Below are positions 48,261 through 60,552 of a stretch of DNA of 64,000 nucleotides, piece after piece. Position numbers and translations under genes: made by a program. Every line of letters starts with the position of its first letter. Position 1 is the stretch's first letter. The DNA is from the human T2T-CHM13v2.0 reference genome, Homo sapiens: assembly GCF_009914755.1 (NCBI RefSeq), contig NC_060929.1. The stretch is one strand, 5' to 3'. A model generated the notes under the pieces. That model saw nothing but the letters and a program-made list of their open reading frames with translations. It searched no databases and was not told the origin of the DNA.

Positions 48261-49584
48261 TAATAAGCAAGCATGTTTCCCACTCATGGAGGGGGGGGGG
48301 ATCTGTTTATCATTTTCAACTCCAGATTTCTGAAGAACCTGCCCCTACTATAAGCCTTGCTGCCCATGTGACCCCACCTTCCCCAGAGTTCCCAGCCATA
48401 CCGGTTTCCTAGTTAGGTAAGATTGACAAGACCAGTGAGATTCTTCTCTCTTTTTTTAGGATCATGAAAATTGAGACAACATAAATTTGGGTCATTGAAC
48501 ATTGGGAATTTGACCTAAAAGTTCATATAACTGTTGATTGGTAAGGAGGAAAAAAAAAATGGATCATTAGAGGGAGGAAAATGGAACAGATTCACAGATT
48601 ATGACAGAGACAAGAGTGAGTGTATCATTTGAGAGGCTGAAACTGTTGTTTGACTGTGTTTCATATTCTGCTCTTTAATTACCAACACAGTGATATCTCG
48701 ACAACAACCATACTTTTTTGTACTTGAGGTAGTTAGAATAAGCTTTTGCTTGAGTTACCTTTACCATGCTCCTTTCCCACCCCTCAGCATTATTTTGGGA
48801 TTCCACTACAAAATTTAGGATTCATGTGGTGCTAATTAGTTGCATGATGGATAGGTTTGAGGCCTCTGAGACTTTAGTTACTCTCTTCCCTGTTTACACC
48901 TGCCTCGACTTATGTGTTTGAAAGTAAGGAAATAGTACACCCTTTCTATGATTACAGATTCAGTACTGCAAGTTCCTAGACTTGAGTCAATATGTCTGTC
49001 AACTCCCTGAAAATCTATATTTCCACTAACAAAAAGGTTATGAGAGTGACTACAACAGTCCCATCCAACCCATTTGAAGCCTTGTGAAAGGACAGGTTGA
49101 TGTGTTATTATTAAAAACACATCACATTAATACTGATGATATTGTCTTAGAAAATGCTGCTTTGGTTGTAGAACAGACCATGAGAAGTGATTGTTCCATT
49201 TGACAGTAAGCTTAAAAGCATGCGGAGTGCTCAGATTTAATGTTCAAACTCCAGTCTTTTCAGAATAAATAGGCTCCTACAATATGAAGACTCCGAAGCT
49301 AGTAAATGGAACTGAAAGCATCTTAGACCTTCTTGTTGACACCACATAGTCATAAACCCTTCAGACTCTGCAAAGAGGTCGTAAAGCAAATTGCTCCTTC
49401 ACAAGTAAACCGATTAAAGAGAGACAGAGCTTAGACATCTTGGAGCCTAATGAGGACATTTCAGGGAAATGATGCCCCTTTTCTAGAACAAATAATAAAT
49501 TTTTGTTGTGTGTAAGAAACAGAATGGCTCATATGAATAAGCTGAGGGACATGGTAGGCACTATGTCCTATTTTCAGTAACACT

Positions 49585-49920
49585 GGGCTGAAAATCAGGA
49601 GTCTTGGGATTCCTAATCTAACACTAACTGTGTGACCTTGTGCAAGTAAACTAACCACTCTGCTTGCCTTTTCTTGTCTCTAAATTAGAAAGTCTGTTCA
49701 ACTGATAGACATTTATTGAGTAAATATTATTAGCCAGTTACTTTCACATTTATCTTACTTTATTCTCACAATAATCTCATGAGGAAGCCATTATTATTCA
49801 CTCATACTAACAAGAAATCTGATGCTCAAGAGTATTTAAGTGACATGCCTGAGGTAATATAGTTGTTACATGGAAGAGCCAAGATTCACCCCAATTTTCC
49901 AAGTCTGGTGTTATTCCTGC
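49585..49920. mobile_element. Two adjacent, oppositely oriented MIR fragments
   Basis: 'actaactgtgtgaccttgtgcaagt' (+) followed by 'attctcacaataatctcatgagg...ttaagtgacatgcctgaggt' (-). Confidence 0.6.
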
Positions 49921-50249
49921 TGCAGTTAGCTGCCTCCTTTATGGTTCCACTGTATTTATTAATGTATGTAATTCTATTTATTACTGTTTGCTATTTCATA
50001 GGAGTTTTTGTCTGCTTTTCTGAGTGTTTATTTTCCCAATTAAATCGCAAGCTCTTCAAAGGCAAAGATCCTCATGTCTATATCTTTGTACCTGCCTCCT
50101 TACACTCCACAATACACAATACTGATCTTCATTCACTTATTCATTCATTGATTCATCATTTAATGAATATGAATCAAGTGCCTACCTATTATGTGACAGT
50201 CACTGTTCTGAGTGCTTGGAATACACTAGTGAACAAAATAGGTGATGTT

Positions 50250-50812
50250 CCTCTGTAGATGAATGGATAGAGGAAACGTGATACATATACAAAATGGAGA
50301 ACTTTTCAGCCATAAGAAAGATTGAGATTCTATCATTTAGAACAGTATGGATGGAACTGGAGGATATTATTTTAAGTGAAATAAGCCAGGCACAGAAAGA
50401 CAAACTTTGCATGTTCTCTTCATTTGTGGGAACTAAAAATTAAAACTGAACTCATGGAAACAGAGAGTAAAATCATGGTTACCAGATGCTGGGAAGGATA
50501 GTGGGTGAGGGCAAGGAAGAGTGAAGTGGGGATGGTTAATGGGTAGAAAAATATAGTCAAATAGAATAAATAAGATCTAGCATTTGATAGGATGACAGGA
50601 TAATTATAGTCAGCAATAATTTATTGCATATTTAAAAATAACAAAAGGGTATAATTGGATTATTTGTAACACAAAGAAAGGATTAATTCTTGAGGTGATG
50701 GATACCCCATACACCCTGATGTGATTATTATGCCTTGTATAGCTGTATCAGAATATCTGATGTGCCCCATAAATATATACACCTACCATGAACCCACAAA
50801 AAATAAAAATAC
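50250..50812 (+). mobile_element. L1MA-like 3' end inserted in an antisense L2
   Basis: 'gtagatgaatggataga...gaggtgatggataccccat...aaaaataaaa'; L2 tail (TCAT)n at ~50129-50160. Confidence 0.85.
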
Positions 50813-51839
50813 AGAAATATACACTCTTGACCGCATTCAGTTATATTCCAGTGAAATATGTGTATAAATAATAAATAGCATAAATAATGAAATATGTTAG
50901 GAGGTGCTAAGTGCAATAAAAAATGTAGAGCAGGTTAACAGGGATTGGGAATGTGGCAAAAGTGTCACTTTGTAATTTGAAATAAAGCCATCAGGGCAAG
51001 CTTCATTGACAGCTGCATATTTGTTGTCCAAGTTCACTTAGAAATATCCTCTGACAACTTTAAGACTTGGCTTTGCTTCTGTGCAAGGGGGAGATGGCAA
51101 CAGGCTTTGGCCTTAACCCAAAATTCACTGACACACGTTTATTTCCCAGAAGAGAACTTTAGATCAATGTCTTCCATATTCATCTACACAAACACCAGTG
51201 GTATAAAGTGGAAGTGGCCAAGCCATAAACTGAATTTATGTCATGCCCTCTAATACAGACAACTCGGCATCAGGGCACAAGGCTTTAAGGTAATGCTGAC
51301 CTTAGCTGGAAAAACATGAGTCTATGAGCCTCACGGATATGTAATCAATACTGAGGTAACTGGCTACAAGAGTTTTTACACATCTGTCAGCTAAATCATA
51401 ACCCTAAAGGGCAAATTTAGGCTGCTCTAAAGACCATTAGCCGGATTTGTTGTGCTGACTCAAGGAGTTTGGGTTAATAAACCAATGCATGCATTACAAG
51501 TAGACATCAATATGAAATTTTTTCACTGGTGACAGTCATAATCCTGTTTCAGTCTGGTTTTCTACTTGATATTCATAGAAAAGTGCTGGAATGGCTGGAC
51601 TGCCATCAGAGATCATTTAGTTTTCATTTTATGCTTTCTTTGTATTTTTGTTCCCACTAGATTATAATGCTTTTTTCTTTGTGTCCATCTTTCCTCTATT
51701 TTCTGCTTGTTATTTCTTATCCTTCCTTTCCTTTTAAAAGTTACAATGTGCTTGGTTTTATTGGCTTTCCTTTTTTCTTAGCTTTCTCTGTTATTCATTT
51801 CTCTCTCTGTCTCTCTTTTTCTCCCTTCCTTTTTCCTTT

Positions 51840-52290
51840 CTTAAATATTCATTGTGCATCTACCATATATGGGGCCAGGCATTATGCTGAGTGTTGCATA
51901 ATAGTGGTAAAAAACCAGAAGGCCCTCCCTTATAGAACTCATTGTCTACTGCAAGAGATGGCATTATACTTGTAAATTTACAAATAAATCTGCCCTAACA
52001 CTGGTAAATTTTAAAATGAGAAAAAGAGAATGCTGTAAGGGAGAATAACAGGGGACATTCTGTACATTAAGAAGTAGAGTAAGCCTCACTGGCAAAGGGA
52101 CATCACACTGAGACTTGAAAGAAGGAAAGGAGCTTCTAAGCCAATAGCAGGGAGGAATCGTCTAGAGACAGGGAACTCCATAAAGAAAAACCTTAGGGAT
52201 CTCAAGAGCTTGGGGCATGAGGGAATTTTCGAAGGCCTTCATGGCTGAATCATAGCATGGAAGGCAACGCTTGACATAGGGATGCTGGAG
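51840..52290 (-). mobile_element. L2 3' region
   Basis: 'aaatattcattgtgcatctaccatatatggggccaggcattatgct' antisense L2 end. Confidence 0.6.
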
Positions 52291-53184
52291 ATTCCAGAAG
52301 CTTCCCCCCTATTCTCCCATCACGCCATGTCCTTTTAGCTTGGATGTGAATAAAGTATTTGTCTGAATGTATCTTTTTTTTAGGTTAATATATGGGCAAA
52401 ATGAGTACAAAACAGAAAATGATGGAAGTGATAAAAAAGTACAAAAAGCTTTTGATAGGAGAACTAAGTTCAAATGGATGGACACTAAGCAACTCGAAGT
52501 GGCTACTTGGCTACTGCGGTTTTCTGTGGCACATGAATTAGGTTACTCAGATACATACTATGTGTGTGATTCACAGTTATAAAGGTTACAGTTTTAAATA
52601 GGTTTCACATGTATATGTGGTACGTGTTTATATGCACATCTGTGCACGTGTATAGTATATGCAGGAAGATAATATTTAGGGACAATTCAAAATTAATTTT
52701 TTATGCATTAAGAAAACTGATTCTTTTATTCCAGTACTGTTTTAAGTGCCTTTTTCATGCTTTTCCTCTGAAAGTTTTCTTCCTCATCTTTTAAAGAACT
52801 ATGAGAACAATTTACATATATATGTATGTTTACTTATAGATGAGATGAGATAATAGTTATGTTTTAGTGATTCCATTTTGACTGGCTCATTGTAGGTGAG
52901 TGATAGAAATACAAAACATGGCAAAACACAATCCTGTGGTTCTGAGAAATAAAAATATCATGTATCATGAACTAGATCATAACAGAATTCTCTATAGGTA
53001 CTAGCAGCAAAATGGGTGTGAAACCACGGAAATAAATATGCATTATTTCTAGATGAAACATTTTAGTTAGATGGCTTTACACAACTTGTGAAGACTAATT
53101 TTGTCTGTAATATGTTTTAGAGCAGAATATTTTAGAAAATAACCTCGCGCTACACTTTTTTTTGAGACTGAATTTAACTTACTA

Positions 53185-53544
53185 CAGGTTGAGTATTCCT
53201 AATCTGAAAATCTGAATTTCAAAGTGTTCCAAAATCTGAAACTTTTGAGCACTGACATGATGCCACAACTGGCAAATTCCACACCTGACCTCATGTGACA
53301 GGTTGCAGTCAAAACACAGTCAAAACTTTGTTTCAAGCACAAAATTAATTAAAATATTGTATCAAATTACTTTCAGGCTGTCTGTGTAAGGTGCATGTAA
53401 AGTATAATTAAATTTTATGTTTAGTCTTGGATTCCATCCCCACGTTATCTCTTTACATATGTGCAAATATTCCAAAATCCATAATAATCTGAAATCCAAA
53501 ATGCTTCTGGTCCCAAGCGCTTTGGATAAGGAATACTCAACCTA
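53185..53544. mobile_element. Tigger4a/MER46-like Tc-Mar MITE
   Basis: TIR CAGGTTGAGTATTCCT / AGGAATACTCAACCTA; TA on both sides. Confidence 0.9.
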
Positions 53545-53928
53545 TAAAAGCTAAGGAGAAAAGAAATAATTCTCCATTTACTGACTCGAGTTTTATAAAG
53601 TATTAAGAAATCAACAAAAATCCTTTGTAATACAGCAAATGTAACATAAAAAATATGATATGAAGTAGTTTGATTTGATATTTGGATAACAATTATGTGC
53701 CATACTTTTGTTTGCTAGCAAAGAAGTGCCTATCAAAGGGCTTAGGGAATCAAAGGATGCAGAGTGGGTCTGGGGGTTGCATGTGATTATTATAATAAAC
53801 CAGTAAGAGATCATGTAGATCAGAACTAAGGTATTGGCACTAGGAATGAAGATAATATTAAGAAAGGAGGGATTAGTAACTGATTAGATGTGGTGGATTA
53901 AGGCCATGAAAAAATTGAGAATAATGTA

Positions 53929-54274
53929 CATCATGCACCACATAAAACTGTTTCCATCAATGATGGACCACATATATGATGGTAGTCCTGTAAGATTGTA
54001 ATACCGAATTTTTACCGTACCTTTTCTATGTTTAGTTATGTTTAGAACACAAATACTTACTATTGTGTTACAATTGCCTACAGTATTCAGTATAGTAACA
54101 TGTTCTGTAGGTTTGTAGCCTAGAAGCCATAGGATATAGTGTATAGCCTAGGTGTATAGTAGGCTATTCCATCTAGATTTGTGTAAGTATACTCTGTGAA
54201 GTTTACACAACAATGAGATCACCTAACAATGGATTTCTCATAGTATATTTATGTCTTTAAATGACGCATGACTG
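53929..54274. mobile_element. Tigger3a/MER7-like Tc-Mar MITE
   Basis: TA-CATCATGCACCACATAA ... TGACGCATGACTG-TA termini. Confidence 0.88.
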
Positions 54275-54309
54275 TATATGATTCTATTTTAAATGATTTA
54301 TTGGGGCTA

Positions 54310-55576
54310 GAGGGGTGGAGAAAGATGGCAGAATAGAAGGTTCCACCAATAGTCCTCCCTGCAAGGATGCCAATTTAACAACCATCTACAAGAAAACAGG
54401 TACTTTTGTAAGAACCAAAACTCAGGTTAGCACCCACAGTACCTGATTTTTAACTTCATGTGCCTGAAAGAGGAACTGAAGAGATAGGAAAAACAGTCTT
54501 GAATCTCTGGTGCAACCCTTCTTCCTCCCCCAGCAGCAACTGAATGGTGTGGAGAGCGCTTCTGCTCCCTGGGAAGAGGGAGAGCCAGCGATTGTGAGAC
54601 GTTAAACTCAGTGCTGCCCTTGTTACAGCAGAAAGCAAAACCTGACCAAACTCAGTTGATGTCTGCCCACAGAGGGTACATTTGAACCAGCCCTAGATAG
54701 AGGGGAATTGCTGATTCCAGTGGTTGGAACCTAAGTTCCCACAAGCTTCACCACCATGAGCTAAAGTGTGCTGGTGCTCCAAATAAACTTGAAAGGCAGT
54801 CTAGGCCACAAGGACTGCAACACCTAGGTGAGTCCTGGGGCTGATCTGGACCCAGAGACAGTAGACTAGGGGGATATGCAACCTACCGAGACACCAGTTG
54901 GTGTGGTTAAGGGAGTGTTGACATCACACTCCGACTAACACAGGGCTGCACAGCCTGTGGCTCCAAAAGAAACCCCTTCCTTCTGTTTGAGAAGAGAAAA
55001 TGTACAAGTGGGGAGGACTTTGCATCTTGGATACTAGCTTAACCAAAGTAGGATAGGGCAGTGGTCAAAGCTGTGAGGCCCCTTTCCTGGCCCTTGCTCC
55101 CAGACGTTTCTAGATACACCCTGGGCCAGAAGGGAACTGCTGCCTTGAAAGGAAGGACCCAGTCCTGGCAAGATTTATCATCTGCTAACTGAAGAGACCT
55201 TGGGCCCTGAATAACCAGCAACAATACTCAGGTACTATGTTGAGTGTGTTGGGTGAGGGATTGCAACTTGCTGGCCTCAAGGTGAGACTCAGCATATTCC
55301 CAGATGTTATGGATACAGAGAGAGATTCCTTCTGCTTGACAAAAGTGGAGGTAAAAGTAAAAGAGACGTTGTCTTACACTTTAGGTACCACCTCAGCCAC
55401 AGGGGGATAGAACACAAGTGGGCTCTTGTGATTCCCAAGTTTGGGACTTGGCTCTTGGGCAGCATTTCTGAACCTGCCCTGGGTCAGAGGGGAGCCCACT
55501 TGCTTGAAGGGTGAGTCCCGGGCCAGGCAGTATTTACCACAAAGGATTGAAGAGCCTTTGGGCCTTAAGAGAACAT
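54310..55576 (+). mobile_element. 5' UTR of an old L1 (L1MA1-3/L1M1-like), host of a nested L1PA7
   Basis: Starts 'ggggtggagaaagatggcagaatagaagg'; GC-rich L1M-type 5' UTR. Confidence 0.75.
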
Positions 55577-58500
55577 CACCTATGAGTGAGAATATGCAGT
55601 GTTTGGTTTTCTGTCCTTGTGATAGTTTGCTGAGAATGATGATTTCCAGCTTCATCCATGTTCCTGCAAAGGACATGAACTCATCCTTTTTTATGGCTGC
55701 ATAGTATTCCATGGTGTATATGTGCCACATTTTCTTTATCCAGTCTATTGTTGATGGACATTTGGGTTGGTTCCAAGTCTTTGCTATTGTGAATAGTGCC
55801 ACAATAAACATACGCGTGCATGTGTCTTTATAGTAGAATGACTTATAATCATTTGGGTGTATGCCCAGTAATGGGATTGCTGGGTCAAATGGTATTTCTA
55901 GTTCTAGATCCTTGAGGAATTGCCATATTGTCTTCCACAATGGTTGAACTAATTTACAGTCCCACTAATAGCGTAAAAGCGTTTTTATTTCACCACATCC
56001 TCTTCAGCATCTGTTGTTTCCTGATTTTTTAATGATCGCCATTCTAACTGGCATGAGATGGTATCTCACTGTGGTTTTGATTTGCATTTCTCTAATGACC
56101 AGTGATGATGAGCATTTTTTCATATGTCAGTTGGCTGCATAAATGTCTTCTTTTGAGAAGTGTCTGTTTATATCCTTTGCCTACTTTTTGATGAGTTGTT
56201 TGTTTTTTTCTTGTAAATTTGTTTAAGATCTTTGTAGATAATGGATATTAGCCCTTTGTCAGATAGATAGATTGCAAAAATTTTCTCCCATTCTGTAGGT
56301 TGCCTGTTCACTCTGATGATAGTTTCTTTTGCTGTTCAGAAGCTGTTTAGTTTAATTAGATCCCATTTGTCAATTTTGGTTTTTGTTGCCGTTGCTTTTG
56401 GTGTTTCAGACATGAAGTCTTTGCCCATGCCTATGTCCTGAAGGGTATTGCCCAGGTTTCCTTCTAGGATTTTTATGGTCCTAGGTCTTACGTTTAAGTC
56501 TTTGATCCATCTTGAGTTGATTTTTGTATAAGGTGTAAGGAAGGGGTCCAGTTTCAGTTTTCTGCATATGGCTGGCCAGTTTTCCCAACACCATTTATTA
56601 AATAGGGAATCTTTTCCCCATCGCTTGTTTTTGTCAGGTTTGTCAAAGATCAGATGGTTGTAGATGTGTGGTGTTATTTCTGAGGGCTCTGTTCTGTTCC
56701 ATTGGTCTATATGTCTGTTCTGGTACCAGTACCATGCTGTTTTGGTTACTGTAGCCTTGTAGTATAATTTGAAGTCATGTAGCATGATGCCTCCAGCTTT
56801 GTTTTTCTTGCCCGGGATTGTCTTGGCTATGTGGGTTCTTTTTTGGTTTCACATGAAGTTTAAAGTTGTTTTTTCCAATTCTGTGAAGAAAGTCATTGGT
56901 AGCTTGATGAGGACAGCATTGAATCTATAAATTACTTTGGGCGGTATGGCCATTTTCACGACATTGATTCTTCCTATCCATGAGCATGGAATATTTGTCC
57001 ATTTGTTTGTGTCCTCTCTTATTTCCTTGAGCAGTGGTTTGTAGTTCTCCTTGAAGAAGTCCTTCACATCCCTTGTAAATTGTATTCTTAGGTATTTTAT
57101 TCTCATAGTAGCAATTGTGAATGGGAGTTCACTCATGATTTGGCTCTCTGTTCTTGGTGTATAGGAATGCTTGTGATTTTTGCACAATGATTTTGTATCC
57201 TGAGCATTTGCGGAAGTTGCTTATCAGCTTAAGGAGATTTGGAGCTGAGACAATGGGCTTTTCTAAGTATACAATCATGTCATCTGCAAACAGAGACAAT
57301 TTGACTTCCTCTCTTCCTATTTGAATACCCTTTATTTCTTTCTCTTGTCTTATTGTCCTGGCCAAAACTTCCAATACTGTGTTGAATAGGAGTGGTGAGA
57401 GAGGGCATCCTTGTCTTGTGCCAGTTTTCAAAGGGAAAGCTTCCAGTTTTTGCCCATTCAGTATGATGTTGGCTGTGGGTTTGTCATAAATAGCTCTTTT
57501 TATTTTGAGATATGTTCCATTGATACCTAGTTTATTGAGAGTTTTTAGGGTGAAGGGGTGTGAAATTTTGTTGAAGGCCTTTGCTGCATCTATTGAGATA
57601 ATCATGTGGTTTTTTGTCATTGGTTCTGTTTATGTGATGGATTACGTTTATTGATTTGCGTATGTTGAACCAGGCTTGCATCCCAGCTATGAAGCCAACT
57701 TGATCATGGTGGATAAACTTTTTGATGTGCTGCTGGATTTGGTTTGCCAGTATTCTATTTCAGATTTTCACATTGATGTTCACCAAGGATATTGGCCTGA
57801 AATTTTCTTTTTTGTTGTGCCTCTGCCAGGTTTTGGTATCAGGATGATGCTGGTCTCATAAAACGAGTTAGGGAGGATTCCCTCTTTTTCCCTTGTTTTG
57901 AATAGTCTCAGAAGGAATGGTACCAGCTCCTCTTTGTACCTCTGGTAGAATTTGGCTGTGAATCCGTCTAGTCCTGGACTTTTTCTGGTTGGTCGGCTAT
58001 TAATTACTGCCTCAATTTCAGAACTTGTTATTGCTTTATTCAGGGATTCGACTTTTTCCTGGTTTAGACTTGTGAGGTTGTATATGTCCAGGAATTTATC
58101 CATTCCTTCTAGATTTTCTTATTTATTTATGTAGAGGTGTTTATAGTATTTTCTGATGATAGTTTGTATTTCTGTGAGATCAGTGGTGATATCCCCTATA
58201 TCATTTTTTATTGCATCTATTTGATTCTTCTCTCTTTTCTTCTTTATTAGTCTGGCTAGCAGTATATCTATTTTGTTGATCTTTTCAAAAAACGAGCTCC
58301 CGGATTCATTGATTTTTTTAAAGGATTTTTTGTGTCTCTATCTCCTTCAGTTCTGCTCTGATCTTAGTTATTTCTTGTCTTCTGCTAGATTTTGAATTTA
58401 TTTGCTGCTGCTTCTCTAGTTCCTTTAATTTTAATGTTAGGGTGTCAATTTTAGATCTTCCCTGCTTTCTCTTATGGGCATTTAGTGCCATAAATTTCCC

Positions 58501-60550
58501 TCTACACACTGCTTTAAATGTGTTCCAGAGATTCTGGTACATTGTGTCTTTTCTCTCATTGGTTTCAGCAACATCTTTATTTCTGTCTTCATTTCATTAT
58601 TTACCCAGTAGTCATTCAGGAGCAGGTTGTTCAGGTTCCATGTAGTTGTGCGGTTTTGAGTGAGTTTCTTAATCCTGAGTTCTAATTTGATTGCACTGTG
58701 GTCCAAGAGACTGTTTGTTATGATTTCTCTTCTTTTGCATTTGCTGAGGAATGTTTTACTTCCAATTATGTGGTCAATTTTAGAATAAGTGCAATAAGGT
58801 GGTGAGAAGAATGTATATTCTGTTGATTTGGGGTGGAGAGTTCTGTAGATGTCTGTTAGGTCTGCTTGGTCCAGAGCTGAGTTCAAGTCCTATTAATTTT
58901 CTGTCTCATTGATCTGTCTAATATTGACAGTGGTGTGTTAAAGTCTCCCATTATTATTGTGTGGGAGTCTAAGTCTCTTTGTAGGTCTCTAAAAACTTGT
59001 TTTATGAATCTGGGTGCTCCTGTATTGGGTGCATATATATTTAGGATAGTTAGCTCTTCTAGCTGCATTGATCCCTTTACCATTATGTAATGCCCTTCTT
59101 TGTCTCTTTTGATCTTTGTTGGTTTAAAGTCTGTTTGATCAGATATTAGGTTTGCATTTCCTGCTTTTGTTTTGCTTTCCATTTGCTTGGTAAATATTCC
59201 TCCATCCCTTTATTTTGAGCCTATGCGTGTCTTTACACGTGAGATGGGTCTCCTGAATACAGCACACTTATGGATCTTGACTCTGTATCTAATTTGCCAG
59301 TCTGTGTCTTTTAATTGGGGCATTTATTTCATTTACATTTAAAGTTAATATTGTCATGTGTGAATTTGATCCTGTCATTATGATGCTAGCTGTTTGTTTT
59401 GCCCCTTAGTTAGAGCATTTTCTTGATATTGTTGATGTTCTTTATAATTTGGTGTGTTTCTGCAATGGCTGGTACTTGTTGTTCCTTTTCACATTTAGTG
59501 CTTCCTTTAGGAGCTCTTTTAAGGCAGACCTGGTGATGACAAAATCACTCAGCATTTGCTTGTCTGTAAAGTATTTTATTTCTCCTTCACTTATGAAGCT
59601 TAGTTTGGCTGGATATGAAATTCTGGGTTGAAAATTCTTTTCTTTGTGGTGTTCTCTGTATTTCCTGAATTTGAATGTTGGCCTGCCTTGCTAGGTTGGG
59701 GAAGTTTTCCTGGATAATATCCTGAAGAGTGTTTTTCAACTTGGTTCCATTCTCCCTGTCACTTTCAGGTATACCTATCAAATGTAGATTTGGTCTTTTC
59801 ACATAGTCCTATGTTTCTTGGAGGCTTTGTTCATTCCTTTTAATTCTTTTTTCTCTAATCTTGTCTTCTCTCTTTATTTCATTAAGTTGATCTTCAATGA
59901 CTGATATCCTTTCTTCTGCTTGATCGATTTGGCTATTGAAACTTGTGTATGCTTCACAAAGTTCTCGTGCTGTGTTTTTCAGCTCCATCAGGTCGTTTAT
60001 GTTCTTCTCTACACTGGTTATTCTAGTTAACAATTCGTCTAACCATTTTTCAAGGTCCTTACCTTTCTTGCATTGGGTTAGAACATGCTCTTTTAACTTG
60101 CAGGAGTTTGTTATTACCCGTCTTCTGACACCTACTTCTGTTAATTCATCAAACTCATTCTCCGTCCAGTTTTGTTCCCTTGCTGGCGATGAGTTGTGAT
60201 CCTTTGGAGGAGAAGAGGTGTTCTGGTTTTCGGAATTTTCAGCCTTTTTGCACTGGTTTCTCCTCATCTTTGTGGATTTATCTACCTTTGGTCTTTGATG
60301 TTGGTGACCTTCGGATGGGGTCTTTGATTGGATGTGCTGTTCCTTTCTGCTTGTTAATTTTCCTTCTGACAGTCAGCCCTTCTGCTGCCCGTCTGCTGGA
60401 GTTTGCTGGAGGTCCACTCCTGACACTGTTTGCCTGGGTATCACCAGTGGAGGCTCAGTTGGAAATGCAGAAATCACCTGCCTTCTGCGTTGACCTCGCT
60501 GGGAGCTGCAGACTGGAGCTGTTCCTATTCGGCCATCTTGCCAGCAATCC
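55577..60550 (-). mobile_element. L1PA7-like element lacking its 3' tail, with internal deletions
   Basis: ORF1 MRRNQCKKAENSENQN (59809-60267); many ORF2 pieces; 5' end 'gctggcaagatggccgaataggaacagctccagtctgcagctccc' on the minus strand. Confidence 0.95.
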
Positions 60551-60552
60551 CC

